A stretch of 64,000 bases of DNA from positions 31,716-95,715 of the forward strand of contig CAZNGS010000007.1 in NCBI GenBank assembly GCA_964572825.1, written 5' to 3'. Numbering within the stretch: the first letter of the stretch is position 1; every line of letters begins with the position of its first letter. This DNA comes from an uncultured candidatus Brocadiaceae bacterium (GTDB taxonomy: Bacteria > Planctomycetota > Brocadiia > SM23-32). Below are positions 60,434-64,000 of this stretch, piece by piece. The notes under the pieces are model-generated. The model searched no databases. It was given only the letters and a program-made list of their open reading frames with translations, and was not told the origin of the DNA. A program made the translations under genes and the position numbers.

Positions 60434-61804
60434 ATGAAAAACGGAATCGGTAGACACGAAGACCTATCCCGGCTCGAACGCCAGAGCAGCCGGTACCGGT
60501 TCGTGCAGTCGGCGGCGCGCTTCTTCAGCCGGCTTGTGCGGCTGGCGGCGCCCGGCATTGTGGCCATCCTGACCGCCATCTTCCTGGCACGCATCTTCTG
60601 GTCCCCCCTGCGGTACGCCATCTACGCGTTGCCCGCATGGTTGATCGCGGTCGGAGCCTACCTGGCCCACAGGTCGGAACTCTGGGCTGTGCCGCCGAGC
60701 CGGGCGGATGCCCTGGCGGACCTGGCCAGCGGAAACCGCGGGCTCTACATGTCGCTCCGCGAGGCGGGAGGCGAGGACTGGAACCCGCGGGTGACCGGCG
60801 GCGACGTGCGGCTGAAAGGCCGTTTCCCGGCCGGCGCGATGGCCGGGGCCGTCCTGCTGACCGGTCTGCTGGTGGCCGTGTTGCTTATGCCCGACCTGCG
60901 GGCCGAGACGGAAGACGGGCCAAAGGCGCGGACGCCCGTCGAGGAGCTGGCGGCCGTGGTGGAAGAACTGGAGCAGAACGATCTGGCGGAGGAGGAATAC
61001 CTGGAGGACGCCCGCGAGCTGATCCGCCGGCTGGAACAGGAAGAGACTCGGGCGCTGGCGTCGGAGGACTGGCAGGCCCTGGACCGCGCCCGCGATGAGC
61101 TCAAACGCCATGCCGCCGACTCCTACCGCCGGGTGGAGGAGCAGGTCGGCCGGATCGAGTCCCTGCAACGCCAACTGGAGGCGAACCGCACGCTGTCGCC
61201 CGATCAGGCACGGGAGGCCAGCAGGCTGCTGGAGGGGTTCAGTGCCGGGGACCTGGAGAAACTCAACGCGCGCCTCAACAGCGGCAAGCCCATCTCGCCG
61301 GACATGCTGAAGAAGCTGCGGACGGCGTGCCGGAGCGGACAGTGCCGCTTCGGCGAGGAGGAGATGGAGGCCCTCAAGTGCCTTCTGAAAGAGGCGAAGA
61401 AGAAAAAAGGGCAGTGCGCGGGCGCCTGCCAGGGGTGCCTGGCGGCACTGGGGTTCAGCACGGAAGAACTGGCCGCCTTCAAGAAAGGCCTCCCCGGCCG
61501 CGGCGGCATAACCCGCGGCCCCGGCCCGGCGCCCATCCTGCACGCGGGCGACACGGATCCCGAGCTGGGCAAGTTCAAAGCGAAGACCTTCCGCGCCGAC
61601 GGAGGGGAGCCCGCGGTGCCGATGGGCTACACCGTGGCCCCGCCGGACGGCGACGTGGAAGAACCCGCCTCCGGCGCTCCGGGCGCGGCCCGGCAGTTCG
61701 GCCCCGGCAACGAACGGATCACGTGGCATTCTCGCCTGCTGCCGCGGCACAACGAGGTGCTGCGCAACTACTTTGCTGCCGAGGAACCCGAAAGCGGAGA
61801 GTGA
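60434..61804 (+). CDS. Hypothetical membrane protein with coiled-coil and Cys-rich segment, first gene of MoxR operon
   Basis: 4 TM helices, long coiled coil, CRSGQCRFG…CAGACQGC cluster; stop 5 nt before MoxR start. Confidence 0.6.
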   Translation: MKNGIGRHEDLSRLERQSSRYRFVQSAARFFSRLVRLAAPGIVAILTAIFLARIFWSPLRYAIYALPAWLIAVGAYLAHRSELWAVPPSRADALADLASGNRGLYMSLREAGGEDWNPRVTGGDVRLKGRFPAGAMAGAVLLTGLLVAVLLMPDLRAETEDGPKARTPVEELAAVVEELEQNDLAEEEYLEDARELIRRLEQEETRALASEDWQALDRARDELKRHAADSYRRVEEQVGRIESLQRQLEANRTLSPDQAREASRLLEGFSAGDLEKLNARLNSGKPISPDMLKKLRTACRSGQCRFGEEEMEALKCLLKEAKKKKGQCAGACQGCLAALGFSTEELAAFKKGLPGRGGITRGPGPAPILHAGDTDPELGKFKAKTFRADGGEPAVPMGYTVAPPDGDVEEPASGAPGAARQFGPGNERITWHSRLLPRHNEVLRNYFAAEEPESGE

Positions 61805-61808
61805 GCGG

Positions 61809-62819
61809 ATGGAACAGAAGGCCGACCTGCTGCCGAGGGAACGGGTGGAGGAGGCCGCCGCGCGGTGCTCCCGGGTGCTGGACGCCATGAACGGCGTGAT
61901 CCTGGGCAAGCCCGCGCTCATTCGTCTGACCTTCGCCACCATCCTGGCGGGCGGCCACGCCCTGCTGGAGGGGCTGCCCGGGCTGGGCAAGACGGTGCTG
62001 GCCAAGTCCTTCGCCGTCGCCCTGGGCGTGCGGTTTCGCCGCGTCCAGTTCACCCCGGACCTTTTGCCCTCCGACATCACCGGCTCCTACATGCTGGAGG
62101 AGGGCGAGGGGGGACGGCGGATGGAGTTCTACCGCGGGCCGGTCTTCACCAATCTGCTGCTGGCAGACGAGGTGAACCGCGCCAGCCCCAAGACCCAGTC
62201 CGCCCTGCTGGAGGCAATGTCCGAGTACCAGGTGACCCAGATGGGCAACCGCATGCCGCTGGAGGAGCCCTTCTGCGTGCTGGCCACCCAGAACCCCATC
62301 GAGATGGAGGGCACCTATCCGCTGCCGGAGGCGCAGATCGACCGGTTCGCCGTCAAACTGGAGGTCTCGGGCACGGACCGCGACGTGCTCAAGACCATCA
62401 TCACCACGCGCCGGGGCGGCCGGCCCGATCCGCCCCCGCAGATCACCGACCGGGAGGGCCTGCTGAAGCTGCAGGACCTGGTCAACCAGGTCTTCCTGCC
62501 CGAGGCCGTGAGCGAACACATCTCCAGCCTGGTGGCCATGACCAACCCGGGCTGCCCCGATGCCCCGGCGGAGGTCGACGAGTGCGTGCGGTACGGCAGT
62601 TCGCCGCGGGGCGCCATCTGGCTGGCGCAGATATCGAAGGCCCTGGCGCTGATGGACGGCCGGCCCGGAGTGGGGTTCGAGGACGTGCGCGAGGCCGCCC
62701 CCGCCGTGCTGGGCCACCGGCTGATCCTGCACCACGCCGCCCGCCTGGACGGCCGCACCGGTCGGGGGCTGGCCGAGGAGCTGGCGGCCATGAACGAGGA
62801 GAGGATCTTGTCCGAATGA
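61809..62819 (+). CDS. MoxR-family AAA+ ATPase
   Basis: Walker A GLPGLGKT, Walker B LLADEVNRA, MoxR-like length (~336 aa); start at MEQKADLL. Confidence 0.85.
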   Translation: MEQKADLLPRERVEEAAARCSRVLDAMNGVILGKPALIRLTFATILAGGHALLEGLPGLGKTVLAKSFAVALGVRFRRVQFTPDLLPSDITGSYMLEEGEGGRRMEFYRGPVFTNLLLADEVNRASPKTQSALLEAMSEYQVTQMGNRMPLEEPFCVLATQNPIEMEGTYPLPEAQIDRFAVKLEVSGTDRDVLKTIITTRRGGRPDPPPQITDREGLLKLQDLVNQVFLPEAVSEHISSLVAMTNPGCPDAPAEVDECVRYGSSPRGAIWLAQISKALALMDGRPGVGFEDVREAAPAVLGHRLILHHAARLDGRTGRGLAEELAAMNEERILSE

Positions 62820-64000
62820 AGGGTTGCCCGGTGACCATTGCGCTGCTTGTGGGCCTGCTGGCGGCGGCCCCCCTGGCGGCGCAGACGCCCTACGCCTACG
62901 ACCGTATCGACGAGACGCTCACCTGCCGGGCCCGTTTCGGCCTGTGCGGCACCATCCGGCAGGGCGGCACGCTGCCCATCGTGCTGGAATTCCAGAACGA
63001 AGGAGAGGCCCGGTCCATCCGTGTCCGCACCGGGGGTGCCATGCAGGTTACGGGGGTGTTCAACCTGCCGGCCGGCCGCCGGGTGCGCCGATTCCTGTAC
63101 GTGCCGGTGCCCGCAGACATACGGAGCTCTGTCCGGCAACTGGAATTCGTCGACGCCGAGAACGGCTCCCTGCTCAAAAAGCTGTCGGTGAGTGATCTGA
63201 GCAGGCTCAGCTACACCGACCTGGGCAGCCGGTCCGATCTGCTGGGGATCACCGTGAGCAAGCGCAGCGCGATGACCGTGAGCCAGAAGCCGGCTCCCGG
63301 CTATAACCTCACAACGAATGCCGTCTCCCCCGAGCACGTGCCGCCGAACTGGGTTGGACTGGCCGGGCTGGACGTCGTGGTGGTGCACCACAGCGCATGG
63401 TCGGACCCCGAGTTTCCCCGCCGGGCGGTGATGGACTGGATGGCGATGGGAGGGGTGTGCCTGCTGGCCGAAGTGCCCGACGGGGAGCGAGCCCCCGTAC
63501 GCCGGGAGCTGGCGGAGAAGGCGGCCTTCTTTGCGGACGTGGCCGATGGGCGGCAGTCTTTCCACGTGGGGATGGGCGGGGGCGCCTTCGTGGGCCGGGA
63601 GACGCTGGCGGGTTCACAGCGGGGTTTTTTCGCCAGCCTGGGGCACGCGCCCGGCTCGAACAGGCCCTCGGGGGACTACCAGAAGGTGGACGAGCCGCAG
63701 ATCGGAGGCGTCGGCGAGCTGCCGTTCGTCCCCGTGCTGCTGGCGCTGCTGGTGTTCTCGCTCCTGGTCGGCCCGGTGGGGTGGTGGTACCTGGTGAGCA
63801 GAAAGCGGATGGGGCTGCTCTACTACGCGGCCGCGCCGGCGGCCAGCGCGCTGGCCATCGCGCTGGTGGTGGCCCTGGACGTCTCCTACGAGGGCTTTCG
63901 GCCGCGGGTCAGTTGTGCGGCGGTTCGGTTGCTGGACCAGCACACCAAAAGGGCGATTGACCTGGCGCAGTTCGGCGTCTATGCGCCCTTCGCCGTGGGG
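62816..64000 (+). CDS. Hypothetical secreted/membrane protein, 3'-partial (runs off window), translationally coupled to MoxR (ATGA)
   Basis: Frame open from atgaagggttgcccg to window end with GC3-rich codons; signal peptide MKGCPVTIALLVGLLAAAPLAAQ and C-terminal TM helices; not in supplied ORF table because no stop in window. Confidence 0.55.
   Translation, partial: MKGCPVTIALLVGLLAAAPLAAQTPYAYDRIDETLTCRARFGLCGTIRQGGTLPIVLEFQNEGEARSIRVRTGGAMQVTGVFNLPAGRRVRRFLYVPVPADIRSSVRQLEFVDAENGSLLKKLSVSDLSRLSYTDLGSRSDLLGITVSKRSAMTVSQKPAPGYNLTTNAVSPEHVPPNWVGLAGLDVVVVHHSAWSDPEFPRRAVMDWMAMGGVCLLAEVPDGERAPVRRELAEKAAFFADVADGRQSFHVGMGGGAFVGRETLAGSQRGFFASLGHAPGSNRPSGDYQKVDEPQIGGVGELPFVPVLLALLVFSLLVGPVGWWYLVSRKRMGLLYYAAAPAASALAIALVVALDVSYEGFRPRVSCAAVRLLDQHTKRAIDLAQFGVYAPFAVG

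Noticed and set aside
1-64000. CRISPR arrays, rRNA genes, prophage structural genes
   Set aside because: I found no regularly spaced direct repeats with unique spacers, no rRNA-like conserved stretches and no phage capsid, terminase or tail gene signatures when reading through.

Overview
This 64 kb window is high-GC bacterial chromosomal DNA. Gene content (many glycoside hydrolases, a sulfatase-like protein, URO-D-like proteins, lipoproteins, PQQ beta-propeller proteins) suggests a PVC-superphylum-like polysaccharide degrader; that placement is an inference. The backbone is carbohydrate-active and housekeeping genes: a partial GH2 at the 5' edge, a secreted alpha/alpha-barrel-like protein, a GH94 cellobiose-phosphorylase-like enzyme, a clan GH-A hydrolase, a GH2 beta-mannosidase-like protein, a xylose-isomerase-like protein, a sulfatase-like protein, three tandem ~800-aa GH42-like paralogs, MFS and SNF transporters, an aminotransferase, thrC, purD, a TrpB2-type protein, Hsp20 and an S9 peptidase. 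Mobile and defence scars are interspersed. There is a lower-GC beta-class SPPY DNA methyltransferase with an overlapping putative restriction enzyme, abutted by a truncated DDE transposase. A lower-GC region holds two transposase N-terminal fragments and structured repeats. A vapBC toxin-antitoxin pair and a complete-looking group II intron (RT/maturase ORF plus domain V) sit in intergenic DNA. A tRNA-Met lies ~190 bp from a direct partial copy of its own 3' end. Other observations: an AIM24/DUF124 gene split by a -1 frameshift in a G run, a near-consensus sigma-54 promoter ahead of hsp20, recurring TTGACG-N17-TATACT-type promoters, short tandem repeat arrays in promoter regions, a 45-bp intergenic repeat in two copies, a truncated URO-D-like fragment, and a MoxR AAA+ operon without vWA/DUF58 partners. 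No CRISPR array and no rRNA were seen. Many long antisense ORFs in the six-frame track are treated as GC-driven artefacts.
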